A stretch of 64,000 nt of DNA. It comes from Eledone cirrhosa. Taxonomy: Eukaryota. Both the position numbers and the translations under genes were made by a program. Location of the stretch: NCBI GenBank assembly GCA_964016885.1, contig OZ024742.1:354020001-354084000 (forward strand). The letters are read 5' to 3'. The notes beneath the pieces are model-generated. The model saw nothing but the letters and a program-made list of their open reading frames with translations. It was not told where the DNA came from and did not search any database. Positions 15,552-29,172 of the stretch are shown piece after piece; within the stretch, counting starts at the first letter, position 1; the number at the start of each line of letters is the position of its first letter.

Positions 15552-15866
15552 ATATATATGTATGTGTGATGTATGAGTATGTATGCGTGTGTGTGTGTGT
15601 ACGTGTGTATATATTCATATGTGTGTGTGTACGTGTGTATATATTTATATGTGTATATATATCTCTATTTATATATGTATATATGTGTATGTATATCCCT
15701 TTATTTATGTATGTCTGAGTTGTGTGAGCGTGTGGTGGTGTTTGTATGTATATACGCATACATGGATGTGTATGTATGTGTATATATGCGTATATGTATG
15801 TGTGTATGTGTGTGTGTATATATGTATGTCTATGTATGAGTATGTATGTGTGTGTACGTATGTATA

Positions 15867-15909
<43 letters not shown>

Positions 15910-15968
15910 TATATGTGTGTGTGTATGTATATATATCTTTGTATATGTGTATGTGTATATGTGTGTAT

Positions 15969-16002
<34 letters not shown>

Positions 16003-16065
16003 TTATTATATATTTGTGTGTATGTATATATATCTTTGTATATGTGTATGTGTATATGTGTGTAT

Positions 16066-16125
<60 letters not shown>

Positions 16126-16206
16126 ATGTGTATATATATATATGTGTGGGTATGTATGAGTATGTGTGTATATACATGAGTGTGTTTATATATGTGTGTA
16201 GATATG

Positions 16207-16243
<37 letters not shown>

Positions 16244-16399
16244 GTGTGTATATGTGTATATGTCTATGTATTTATATGTGTATATGTATGTGTCTCTATA
16301 TGTATGCGTGTGTATATGTGTATGTGTATTTATATGGTGTGTGTATGTATATGTATGTGTATGTATGTGTTTATGTATATGTGTATGTATATGTATGTA

Positions 16400-16458
<59 letters not shown>

Positions 16459-16492
16459 GTATGTATATCGATGTATATTTTATATCTTACTT

Positions 16493-16541
<49 letters not shown>

Positions 16542-17479
16542 CTTAATATATTTCTTTTTTCTTTTTCTTTTTATTTCTAAATTTATAGATACATTTATAA
16601 ATAGGCAGTTTGCTGACACCGGTAAATACTGACCTCTCTCCCCCCACCTACTTTCTGTATCTGGATCTAAATATGTGTGGCAGTGTTTATGTGCGCGCAT
16701 TAATGTCCATATGCTTATGATAATAGTATATACACATATATGTGTGTGGGGGTGTGTGTGTGTATGTATGTTCGTGGTTGTGTGTATGTTTATGCGTATA
16801 CGCGCGTGTGTGTGTGAATGTACGTATATGTGTGAGTATATAAATGTGTGTATATATTTATTTTTATATTTATATGTTTATATGCGTATACGTATTTTAT
16901 CTGTAGATTATAAACATACAGAGACATTAGCCTTGAATTTTTGTATTTACATACATCTTTTTGGCATGCGTTTGCATGTGAACATATATTTTTATGCATA
17001 TCTGTGAACGAAGTTACTTACATATATACACACACCTAACTGTATAAACTTTTTGTGTTTTCATTGGTCAATTTGAACTCTGTTCCCAAACAGACCTGTA
17101 ATTTTGAATTGTTGTTATTATCAATAAATATATTTCATTATTTCTGAAGACGGCATATATATGTGTTGGTATGTATATTTAATTTTGATCGTTTGTATAA
17201 TTTTGTATAATTTTGTACATAGATCTGTTGAATATGCATGCCAATTATAACACATATATATCCTAGAAACGATCGTTAAATAATGAACTTTTTTTGTTTA
17301 ATATAAGGAACTGTTTCATTGTTTTATTCATTATTTTTTTAATATTTTATCTTGACTCTGTATTCCGTTTATCTTTCACCGAAAGTGATTTTTCATTGCA
17401 TCTCTTCTTTCCATGATATCCGGATTACATTGAGTTCTTCATACGGATTGGACACTACCGTAAACTCTTGGCAGATTTA

Positions 17480-17485
<6 letters not shown>
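15500..17485 (+). mobile_element. Non-coding PLE-like family X: TG/TA low-complexity body + pseudo-LTR (HHR at 17134-17287) + tail
   Basis: ttcattattt-CTGAAGA..atatatatgtgtt/aacacatatatat..GAAA-CGATCG-TT-aaataatgaa. The 3' end matches 13442-13845 and runs into (TA)n. The 5' limit is uncertain. Confidence 0.72.
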
Positions 17486-17542
<57 letters not shown>

Positions 17543-17559
17543 AGGGGAATGGGATATTA

Positions 17560-19426
17560 TCCATGAACTAAAAAACAATACGGACATTGTAATTAAGGAA
17601 GCGGACAAGGGAAGTACTGTTGTCATTATGGAGGCTGAAAAATATAAAGATTCTATGTTCTCTCTCTTACAAAATACTAATTACTATGAAAGAGTAAAAA
17701 AACTACCAGCAATCAAAAATAATGACCAAATTAAACACACTGATTTATCGATACCAGGAAGACCTAACTAAAAAGGAACGCGATTATTTAACAAATTTTG
17801 AATAAAAAACCAGCAACCTTTACGGACTTCCGAAGATCCACAAATGTAAAATAATCAACGATGCCTGTAAACAATCCACCTCAGCCTGCGTGAACACACA
17901 ATACCTCACATACCTTAAATTAAGACCAATTGTAGCGGGTCCACAAAGTGAAACACACAGATTGAGCAACTTTATAGACATACTACTGAAACCAATACAG
18001 AAACACATACCAAGCCTTGTAAGAGACGATCTGGACCTATTAAGCCACTTCCACAAACATGTCAACAACGACACTATTATTGTGTCTTTCGATGTAGTGA
18101 ATCTCTACACAACGATCCCACACCAATACGGACTAGAAGCAATAGGATTCTGGCTAGAGAAATATCCCAATGAGATACCTGTCAGAATAGAAAAAAGCTT
18201 CATCACCGAGGGATTAAAATTCATCCTACAGAACAACTTTTTTGATTTCGATGGCAATACTTACAAGCAAATATCGGGGACTGCGATGGGTACAAAAGCC
18301 GCTCCAACTTATGCCAACTTAGTCATGGCATACTTTGAAGTCCAGATATATGAACAGTCCAAGTCAAAATACGGATTGAACTTCCACAAATATTTATCAG
18401 AGAATTGGAAACGCTACTTGGATGATTGCCTCATTCTTTGGTCCCACACACTCGACCAACTGAAGGATTTCAAAAACTTAATAAACGGCATCAATAACCA
18501 CATCCAATTCATAATGGAATACAGCCAAGATCAACTCCCATTTCTGGACATCTTAATCACAAAAAAAGACACAAATATCGAAACTGACATACACTACAAA
18601 CCAACAGATTCCAAACAATATCTGCTATTCAACTCCAACCATCCAAAGCACACGAAGACGAACATTCCTTTTAACCTAGCAAGAAGTATTTGCACAATTG
18701 TCTCCAATTATGAAACGCGAAATAAAAGACTTCGAGAATTAAAGGAAATTCTACTCGAGGGAGAGTACCCACTATTACTAATAAATACTGGAATAGAAAG
18801 GGCTAAAGCAATAGGCATTGATGAATTACGGAAACAAACAAATTCAAGGTACGTCCAATATTCTATCATACATCTCAACACACAACCCAAGAAATGCGGA
18901 AGCTTACAACACTATTCACAATAACATCCCACTACTAAAACAAAACCCAAGAATGAAAAAAGCCCTTGAAACACACACAATAATCAAAAGCAAAAGACAA
19001 CCAAAATCAGTGAAAACGTTACTCACCAATGCCAAATTACCTACCACAAACCCACAACCAAGTATCAAAAAATGTGGTCGCTCTAATTGTGGAACCTGCA
19101 CTCACCTCATTGAAGGCAACACGTATACATTTAAATCAGGACAAAATTTTACTGTAAAAAATCACTTCACTTGCTCATCAAAAAATCTAGTTTATGCTAT
19201 TAAATGTAAAGGATGCAATGAAGATTATATAGGACAAACTAAACTCACACTCAGAAACAGAATCACAGTTCATCGCCAACAATTACGAGATCCAACCACG
19301 AGACAGATACCACTAAGTGTATATCTAGACATTTGCGCAAGTAATAAGACACCCAAATTCCAAGTCTTCCCATTTTACCTTTGCGCTAACAATACAACAG
19401 AACAAATGCGAATAAATAAGGATTAA
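17560..19426 (+). pseudogene. PLE RT + GIY-YIG endonuclease, disrupted
   Basis: ORFs 17890..18924 (RT) and 18818..19426 (GIY-YIG) are joined by a frameshift, with further stops upstream. The C-terminus is cut off at 19423 by an inverted segment. Confidence 0.88.
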
Positions 19427-20183
19427 AATTGCTAATCACTTGAAGTTGTGTCACTCAATTTCAGATACGATATATGCTTAACCAAATCATCGGAAAAACT
19501 GTTTAAAAGTATACACAGCGTTTGCAAATTAGATCCAACAAATCCATAATTCAAATTATACCACCTGAGTCTATTATAAAAACCCATTATTATCATTGTT
19601 GTTATTATTGTTATTAACTGTCAATGAATCAACATAATAACCTATTATATTGTCTATCTTTCATGTTCTATCTTTTAATTTCTTTCCCTAAATATATTTC
19701 ATCTCTTACATTAGAACCTATCGTATTATCTTCACTTCTAATATAACTTACAATTTATTAATTTATTAATTTAAATGATACATATATGAATATATGTATT
19801 ACTTCATATCTTTAAATTTTAGCCACCAACACCACAACTATTTTAACTACCAATACCATCATATATTTATATTTTAACCACCAATACCAAAACTATTTTC
19901 AACAATCATATTATGTTCATCTTCTTCGCACACATCAAATTTTATTTATTTATTTGTTATCATTTTCGCTATAACTTATTTATTATTATTCATTTATTAT
20001 CAATACTTTTATTTTAGCTCTTTATTTTTTTACTTTATCTTTTATACTTTCTTCTTTTTTCTTCTTTCCTTCATTCTTTCTTTCTTTCTTTTTTTCTTTT
20101 TTCTCTTTTTTTCTTTTTTCTTATTTTTTATTTTTAATTCTTTATTAATGATGTTGTAATTTGAATTTGCAAACGCTGTGTAT

Positions 20184-20296
20184 AATTTTTCCGACGATTT
20201 GGTTAAGCATAGATCGTATTTATCATTGAGTGACACAACTTCAAGTGATTAGCAATTTTAAGACAACTTAACCAATGAAACAATTGTTAATACTGT
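20184..20296 (+). ncRNA. Variant/degenerate hammerhead motif in the Neptune-like pseudo-LTR
   Basis: CCGACGA-t-ttggttaag..cttaaccaa-t-GAAA-CAATTG-TT-aatactgt; 9-bp stem II base and palindromic stem III. The core position U4 is C, and stem I is imperfect. Confidence 0.62.
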
Positions 20297-20709
20297 AAAT
20301 AAAACCCTTCTTGTACTGTTGACCATGTTATTCTTCACTCTTTCACTATTATTACTCCACGATTAACTCACTTAGGAACTCCCGAGAACCTATATGCTCG
20401 CTACCTAAGAAAACCTCTTATTGAGTCAACAAGGCCGTACGCTAAAACTATCCACAAAACTGAGCATGCACAAACTCTAACTGGATTACCTATAACGATA
20501 AATTTTTTATCCCTTATATATATATATATGTCGCATCACCAGTCTGAGGTGCAGATCCATACGCAATAAATATTTTTCATATGTAAAGGAAACTTCCTCA
20601 TTTTTTCTATTATATACATTCTGCTTGTGCATAGAGTGCTTCATTTGGTACCGACACCAGAACATCACCGTACGGCCTACAATATATATATATATATATA
20701 TATATTTCA

Positions 20710-22496
20710 CGAACAACCCCTCCATTCGGCTTATTAACCCTACGATGTCCGATTTAGTTAGACTTAGTAAAAGGATTTTAGATAGAATTATACCTGAAAT
20801 TAGAAGTTTGGCCCCTATTGCACTGTGGAACTATTCTTTCGCGGTGATTGATTGGTTCAACGGCATATGCAACAAGGAACATTGCCATTTTATCCAATTC
20901 GACATCAATAATTACTACTCTTCCATCACTTCTTCTTAGAGCTATCAATTTCGCTAAAACACTCACAGTGGTTAAGGATTTCGAAGTTGATGTCATCCTC
21001 AATGCCCGTAAATCGGTGATTGATTTCGAAGAGTCTATTTGGATTTAAAAATTTAATAGTATCCCATTCGACGTGAATATGGGCACCAGCGATTCTGCAT
21101 ACGTTAATGATCTTATCGGCCTTTTCCTTCTTTTCTTTATCAAGGAAGAATTCCCCAACGTGGGCAGTGGTTTGTACCGAGATGACTATCTTTTGACCAG
21201 CAAAACGTGCGGCGCACGTACTTGCGACAGGTTCTGGAAAGAACTCACAGCCTTCTTTAAATGCTTCAACCTTTCAATACAGGTTGAGGCCAACCTCTAC
21301 GTTGCCTACAATTTGTCGAATGGCTTGCACTACCCGTATAGAAAGCCGAATGTTACGCTTAATTACATAAGTAAGCATTCTAACCTTCCTGAGAGCATAA
21401 CCAAGAACCTGGTAAGAAACGTTTCTTTGAGGCTTTCCCGTCTATCTACAAACGAGCATATTTTCACCGACCATTCCACATATTACCATGAACCTCTTGC
21501 TCGGAGTGGATTTGTTGATAAGGTAGCTTTTAGAGACTATGAGAATAGACCTAGGAAAAATAGATCCCGATGCATTATATGGTACAACCCACCATATGAT
21601 ATGGAGTTGGCCACACCATTATTTCTCTCCCTTATTATGAAGCCCCCCCCCCATTAACACATAAATATAGTACAATATTTAATAGAAATACCATTAAAAT
21701 GTCTTACTCTACGACTCCTAACCTTGCACATAACATCATAGCTTCAAATTTAGCTAAATTACGTAGCCGTAGGAATACGTGCAGCCCTGTAGCTAGTACT
21801 AACTGTAATTGTAGGAATCGGGTTGACTGCCCCCTATCCGGGAAATGCCTCTCTAGTAACATTGTCTACAAATGTAAGGTAGAAAAACCCACGTCCCGTT
21901 GGGCCTACATAGGGTTACCAACCAATATATTCAAGCAGCGTCTTTACAATCATACCCATTATTTTCCTTACTCTTTAAGAAGGAATATGAGTCACTTTCA
22001 GCTTATATCTGGAGTCTAAAAGTTACACTGGGAGATCCTAGCTGGGGCTAGACGGTATAACGAAAATAAAAGACAATGTGACCTCTGCGCCGCTGAAGCC
22101 TGGAAATACTCAAGGCCAAAGACCACATCTTAAACAAAACATCAGAGGCAATTTCGGATTGTAAACATAAATTGCACAAACCTTTCCTGTATTACAGCCC
22201 CACATTATACCCTAACGTATATTACGATCTATACGCGGATATTTTACGTCTTGATGTGGTAGCTAAGTATATGTTATGTTTATACCATTACTTATTTGTA
22301 AGTATATATTAACTGTATGTTTTGTGAGGGTACGTATACTTTCTCGTACGTGTGTAGGGTGTGTGCATATGTGTACTTTGTGTTTTGGTTGAAGTAGTTT
22401 AGCGAACATGTGTATTTACATGTAGGTATGTGTGGTCGCGCGTTATATACGTATCTATTTGTGTATATTCATATACGTTTATATAATTATATGTAT

Positions 22497-22557
<61 letters not shown>

Positions 22558-23262
22558 TATATATATATATATTTATATATATGTTTATGTGTATTTGGTT
22601 TACAAGTTCGTATGTCTGCGGGTACAGGCGTTGCCTGGGTTCTGTATGTGCGTGCGTGTTCTTTTGTGTACGTGCTTGATTTTGCATATGCATGGCGTGT
22701 GTTTTCGCGTATGCATGTGTATATACGTATGTGTATGCCTGCATGTATATATGTCATTTTTGTTGATTTCAATTACCTCTGTAATTTATTAACATTATTC
22801 TTAATTCTGAAGCCGATAAACATTCGGTTTCTTAAATAGAATTTTAGTCTACGACTTCAGTTATACCATAAACGAGGTTTTGGTTTTGCGTGTACTGTTT
22901 CTCTTCGCTCCACACAATGACGTATTATATTCGTTTTTATTCGTTCATTGCCAGAGAACGTATCTACGAACCACCTAATAGAATATTAGTCTACGACTTC
23001 ATTTATACCATAAACGTAGTTTTGTCTTCGCATGTAATTGTTTTCACCGCTCCAAATAATGACGTATTATCTTCATATTTTTTTCGTTCTTTGCCAGGAA
23101 ACGTTTCCACGAACCAAAGTATCGTCTTCCTGTATTCGTTCGGTTGCAACGTTTTTCGAAATATTTACTTCTGCGTTCACAGATTGATTTTTTTAATTTC
23201 AGAATATCTGTTAAGGGTGAAACCAGCGATCCTTTGCTTAAACTTTAGTCTTTTATTTTAAT
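20710..23262 (+). mobile_element. Degenerate Penelope-like element (Naiad-like), with TG-rich 3' region
   Basis: IRLINPT.SD, FIQFDINNYYSSI, MGTSDSA, GLYRDD, IIWYNPPY, CNCR..CPLSGKC..IVYKCKV..YIGL..FKQRLYNH. The end 23170-23260 recurs at 45760-45850. Clade label is from recalled motifs. Confidence 0.8.
22837..23119. repeat. Diverged ~142-bp tandem duplication in the PLE 3' region
   Basis: ttagtctacgacttca.ttataccataaacg and aatgacgtattat..ttgccag..aacg..cgaacca each occur twice. Confidence 0.8.
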
Positions 23263-23387
23263 AAATATTTGCTCTACGGTTCTTGTATATTTGATATATA
23301 TTTATCCTTATAGAGCCCTCTTTGGATTTTAGACTTCAAATGTATTATTACTATTATTATTATTAATAATATTATTATTATTGTTGT

Positions 23388-24009
23388 TATTCCTTGAATC
23401 GCAGTCATTGATGTTCGTTAACTGGAAAGTCCGTTGGATTGAATATCAAGCCACTACCTGCAGCCTCAGATATTCAGGACGTATCGGAGGGTTCTTGCTG
23501 TTCCAAGCAAGCATGCCTTTTGAAGCGTTCCAAAAAGCGTGAAGGGGCCGATTTTCTTTAACCATCCCTGGAAACTTTTGGAGATAGTCCCCAGTGCGCC
23601 TATGACAATCGGGATCACTTTCACTTCATGGCAGTTCCAAATCCTTTTCACCTCCCACTTTAGGTCCTGGTATCGGTTAATTTTCTCCCTCTCCTTCTCT
23701 TGCACTCTCGTGTCGAACGGGCAGGCCACATCCACAATCAGACACGTTCTTTTTTCTTTGTCCACAACCACCAGGTCAGGTCTATTGTGTTCCAGTTTTT
23801 TGTCCGTCTGTATCCTAAAATCCCACAGCACCTTCACCTGATTGTTCTCCATCACCGCCTCTGGCCTATGCTCATACCATTTCTCAGAATGTGGTAAATT
23901 GTTTACTTTGCACAGGTGCCAGTGGATCACCCTGCCCATCACATCGTGTCTCCAGCCCGTATAGTGGGTCTGGGCTAGGTGTTTACAGTCGGACACAATG
24001 TGAGCCACA

Positions 24010-24011
<2 letters not shown>
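23388..24011 (-). mobile_element. Dong family A 3' fragment (RLE domain + 3' UTR)
   Basis: Nearly identical to 37717-38340; (TAA)n on both sides. Confidence 0.95.
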
Positions 24012-24085
<74 letters not shown>

Positions 24086-24090
24086 CTATT

Positions 24091-24216
<126 letters not shown>

Positions 24217-24833
24217 TGTGTGTGTGTGTATATATGTTTATGTATATATATATATATATATATATACATATATGTGTGTGTGTGTATATATGTTTATGTA
24301 TATATGTATATATATATTAGAAAAGGGAAGTAGGGTTCTATACAAAGCAATGGCTATAGAGAAAAGGTAAAGTTGGAAATAGCACGGAAAATACATTTAA
24401 GTGTCTGTTTTTCTTTTTTTACCCTTTCTTTGATTCGTCAAATATCAAATGTTGAAGATTTAAAACTAAAACCAAGTGTTTGAGTAAGTTTTTTTCCCAC
24501 ACATCTTGCTGAAAATTGGACTGGAGAGTTAGTTCTTGTTAATAGAGAGATGGTAGTGAAGATAGCAGCAGCTATGTTTCTTCACAAAGTGAAGATTTTT
24601 TTGGCAAAGGTAATATCCTGCAAATATGTGCGTGTATATCTGATTGTGACAATCAGATAATGACGATCCAATCAGCGCAGGTAGGATAATAATATATAAT
24701 AAAATTAACGAAGACCGCTAGTCTTAACTTAACTGTCCGCAGCCACCGTCCATCTCACTCTGCCGATGTCTATATCAATCAATCTATCTATCTATCTATC
24801 TATCTATATAATAATAATAATATATATATATAT

Positions 24834-25023
24834 AATTGTTTCTACTTTAGGCACAAGGCCAGCAATAACCCAATACATTACTGGTACTTTATTTTATCGA
24901 CCCCGTAAGGATGAAAGGCAAAGTTAACCTCGGCGGCATTTGAACTCAAACCATTAAGGGGCGTAACTCTTTGCTGCAAAGCATAGCGTCAGACCCTCTA
25001 CCGATATTGCCAATCCACCGCCC
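24834..25023 (-). mobile_element. tRNA-derived SINE (MetaSINE-like)
   Basis: Box A (tggcaatatcgg), box B (gagttcaaatgcc) and central ctttgcctttcatccttacggggtcgataaaataaagtacc. Confidence 0.85.
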
Positions 25024-25063
25024 ATATATATATATATAATAATATATAAATATATATATATAA

Positions 25064-25213
25064 GAGCGTGTGGTAAGATAGAGGATGGACCATAGCGCAC
25101 AAGAATACTCAATGCTTAAAGTAGTAGAGTGGGTGATAGGAAAAGTCTCAGGAACCTGACGGCTGAACCCCGCGAAACGGCTGGATCTCAGCCGTCAGTG
25201 TCCTGACTCTTTT

Positions 25214-25218
<5 letters not shown>
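25064..25218. mobile_element. Short fold-back pseudo-LTR fragment with 3' half of a hammerhead
   Basis: Homologous to 42641-42843 and 45625-45750. GAAA-CGGCTG..CAGCCG-TC; imperfect inverted repeat 25136-25218; TA flanks. Confidence 0.65.
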
Positions 25219-25283
<65 letters not shown>

Positions 25284-27039
25284 TCAACCCACTAATGGAG
25301 AAATGTATTCATTGGTACTTGCAACTTTATCGTAAATTGAAACGTGTTTCATATTCCTTTATTTTCATATGGTGAATACCATGAGATAGATTTCGAGTAG
25401 TGTTCCACAGTTTTATATTTTACATATGTATATGTACTTATATATGGGCTTATTATAAACTGAAATTGATTTTAGCCCTTTTCCATATTCCATAAGCTCT
25501 ATAAACGTTCATTCTTTATATTTAATTTCCACATTTTTATTGTTAGATGTTAGTGTAAATTATCATGCAATCATTATGGGAATTGGTAGAATAATATGAT
25601 CCCTGTATTAAGAGCAACACCTCTATTTAACTGCGATGAGTTCTCGATCCTATGTTTTTCTGGCGAAATAGTAAGTCGTTGAAGGAACTTAGATGATTGA
25701 TATACTAAAATGAATCCACAAAGTACGTACATTTCACTTACATATATCAAAACTCCTTCAATGTGAACTTTCTACAGTTTCCTGATTGTCCTGTCATCTG
25801 TTGCAAATAAATATCTAGCACAGTATTTTTTGGAAAATTAATTTTCGTTTCCCTTTCATTTCTTTATTATCTCCTTTACTTTCGAAAAATGTGAGAAGAA
25901 TATGAAGAAATATAATACTCCAATGTATAAACTGTTAACATATTTCGTTACAACTTCTTTCTTTCAATCCAATATTCAACCGTTCAAACGGCTTGAATAA
26001 TTTAATTTAAATTTGTTCATTTCAAAATGCTACATGAAGTAGTTATTTGTTTTGTATTTAATAGATTTTGCCATGGATGTTCAATAATATAGGTAAACCC
26101 AATCCCAATCTATTTATTGAAGTTTAAGTGAGGGCAATTTCAATATTTCAAAATGTCCATCTTTTGGAAGTGCTCAATCTAATATTTTACAAATATATCT
26201 GATGCGTTTCTGAATTGAAGAAAAATACATTTGTTTTTTTGACGAAGGTATATCGATCTCTAGAGAACAGTATTTTCAAATAGTTTTGTGTAATAACCAT
26301 CAGTCGAAGAAAACCTGTATCGAATTTCGATATTTAACTCTGACAAACTACGTATATTCTACCTTGGTGCAATATGAAACTGAAAATTGAACAGTTTGAA
26401 CACTACAATGCCATTGCATATTAAGGCTTTAATATTTCGATTATGTTCATACTTCAATTGTTTATGTATTGAACCTGTAATTTACTTTAATATTCTACTA
26501 CTTCAAACTAACCGTTAACAATATTACATAATGCGATTTGTATTCATTGATCCGGAGCACCATAACGGTAGAAATGTTACTATAGTATTGTTAGTAAATA
26601 TATTAAATCAGGTTAGCTAAAGAACATTTATGGAATTGTCTGATCAAGTATTTCCTACTAATATTCAAAAGCATCATATTGAATATTTATATTCCATGAA
26701 AATCTTATTAATATTGTATGCTCCTGTGAACTTTTAAGTATATTAGATATACAAGTATGTGTGCGCACATATGAATGAAATTCATATACACTCTTCTTTA
26801 TAAAGTATAGATGTGTCTTACAAGTTTGCATGTATTGACATTAAATGGTTTGTGTCTTCATTGATAAAATCAATACTTGAGTTGTTCCTAAGAACTCCAC
26901 ACTAACTCCTTAATTAATTGTTAACCCAGAGTAAGGTGTGTAATTCAAATATATGTGTTCAAATACTACATCAGGAGAAACAAAATTGGAAACATCCGAT
27001 CGTCAAGATCCCAGACCCCATTCGCTTCACGAATGGAGT

Positions 27040-29030
27040 TTTCTTTCTTGTCGTGTCCACAAGAGTGTCAGTTACAAAGTTTGGCTAAATGTTATTCCAC
27101 CACAGCTAAACACATTGCTGTCCTTTCTCATTAACCTCGGTCATGTCCAATACTGTGCAGGGGTGTTCCAGCAGGGGAGATATCAGGTGGTGCAGCGTAG
27201 TCTGTGGATAGATGCCGCAATCACACACAAGGTCCCCATCGTTTAAATATCCCCATTTTCAGGATTACATTTGCACCAGTTTTAGCGTGTTTAAGCATTT
27301 CCACAATGCATAGGTTATTTCTTCTTCAGGGGCTCAATTTTATCTCTATTATTGTTACGGATGGGAGCTTGTTAAGTTTTTCGTCCCAGTGAGTGTCTCT
27401 TTCACTACTTATGCTTCATATTCCAAGGGGTATGACACACTATTCTTGGATTTAATTTGGAATTTGGCTGGCACATGGCCAAAGTGAGGATAGGTTTGAT
27501 CTGTAGTCTGTTGATGATGCTCTCTCTTTCTTGCTTTCTGCACTTCCTGGTTACTCTGCTGGGGCTATGCCGGCAAGGATATAGAGACGGTCTGTAGGTG
27601 TAATTTCAGGCAGTCCGTGATGAAGCAGCAGCTAGCTTTGAGTGGGGAATCTAGCTTCTGGATATGGAAAACTCACTTGACTAGTCATCATGCACTAGTC
27701 AGCAGCTGAGTAGCAAAGAGCTAGCGCAGTAGACTTCATAGGCTGTGGGTTTTCACCCCAGGTTGTGCCAGTGAACGTGCGAATTATGCTGTTCCTTGCA
27801 TTCATTTTGCACTTGGCCTTCTCCATATGGATGTTAAAAGATAGATTCCTTTCCAGGGTTACACCTAGATAAACTGGATGCTCACAGTGTTCAAGAGTAT
27901 TTTCTGACCAGTTAACCTTTAGTTGTCGGTTGTCTTTACACGGTTTCGTAGGTCGAAGGCACACACCTGCATCTTAGATTGATTTGCACGCAGGTAGTTC
28001 ACTTCATAATAAGTTGTTAGCTCTTCCAGAGCATTAGATAATCTATCTTCTGCAGCTTTGAAATCAGTGTCGTGTGTACAAATGTCATGATCGTCTGCAT
28101 AGATGAAGTGGTGGGTGTCAGCCCCTTTCGCTTGGTCATTGGTGTGGATCTTAAAGAGTAGTTGTGCAAGTACAATTCATTGTGGACGGCATTCCGGAGT
28201 CTTCACCATATTTTATCCCCCCCCCCCTAGCTCAACAAAAAAGTGCTTTTTTTCAAGTATGCTTTGAATCAACTTCTTCAGAGAGGTTTCTCTTGTGGTC
28301 TCCAGGATCCTTCTAAGGAGACGTCTGTGGGTGACTGGGACATAAGGAGCTGATAGTTCGATAAACACCACACTAGTTACCATCCCTACCTCATAGCTGG
28401 CCTCGCTGTACTAGTTCAACCTCACTAGTTGTCGACATGCCAGCGCGAAAGCCTGTTTGTTCAGGGATGATGGGTCCGTCCACACAGGGGACAATTCTTT
28501 TGAGGATCCGGCGTTCGAAGATCTTGTAAATGTGAGTCAAATGTGATATCGATTTGAAGTTCTTCGGAGTATTTCCCAGGTTTCAGCCTTGATATAATAT
28601 GAGTTGTCTTCAAGATGGTGAGTTTATATGATGTTAAACAATCATTGTAGAGCTGTAGAAGCCATACGTATGCTTTGCTACCTAAGAGATTGCAATTGTT
28701 TGGAAACTTGGTTGGCAGTGACGTTTGGGTGTTGAGGGGTTGATTTAGGATCACCGTGTAGGTTGGAAATAATTGTTCATGGTTTGCTGTTGTATTTTGA
28801 CATGTCCATAAACTCATTAAGAGCATTCCAGGTCTTGCTTCGCTCTTGGACAATGCTTTCCCTGACCGTCTCGCCTTGGGAAGTTGTTTCCTATGTGAAG
28901 GGAACTGTTCCAAATATGCTGATATAGTTGGCATAGAATCCTTTAGATTTCTATCTAATTCGAGGTGCGCAAAACGAGTAGGGTGGAGCCCGTTAACTTG
29001 GAAACAGGAAAGCACATTTCCAATGATGTT
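27040..29030 (-). mobile_element. Degenerate I-group (Ingi/Vingi-like) LINE
   Basis: FIYADD near 28100, YLGVTLE, RNSIIR..TWG..ALALCYSAA and C-terminal CDCG..PQT..H...PLL. A second 3' fragment lies at ~63540-63650. Confidence 0.7.
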
Positions 29031-29087
29031 TTCAATAGATAATCCTATCTACTGGTCGCAAATCCAGGCAAAAGTTGCAACGTGAAA

Positions 29088-29172
29088 TAACGCATCGCCG
29101 AGTCCGGGAATGGAACTCACAACCTCGCGATTGTGAATCCAGTTCTCTAACCACTCAACCACGAGCCTTCAC
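29088..29172 (-). mobile_element. tRNA-derived SINE head
   Basis: tggttgagtggttaga (box A) and gagttccattccc (box B); no full cloverleaf. A different SINE head lies at ~48908-49005 (+). Confidence 0.6.

Larger units (their letters stand above)
17542..20515 (+). mobile_element. Penelope-like element (Neptune-like), 5'-truncated, in (TA)n
   Basis: IVIKEADKG, YGLPKIHK, LRPIV, SFDVVNLYT, GTAMGT..AP, RYLDD, LPFLD; Cys linker CGRSNCGTC; GIY-YIG (LVYAIKC..YIGQT); AT-rich 3' UTR and pseudo-LTR. Confidence 0.9.

Noticed and set aside
15481-17007. Long YIYI/VCVC/THTH ORFs (also 12566-12934, 22410-22839, 40274-44698)
   Set aside because: Translations of TA/TG repeats with no coding signal.
20710-22140. 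Selenocysteine recoding as reported for some Naiad elements
   Set aside because: The interruptions I could read are TAA/TAG and frameshifts, not in-frame TGA.
22837-23119. CRISPR-like repeat-spacer array
   Set aside because: Only two whole-unit duplicates, in a eukaryotic retroelement context.
29088-29172. tRNA gene
   Set aside because: It has A/B boxes but no acceptor stem or terminator, so it is better explained as a SINE head.
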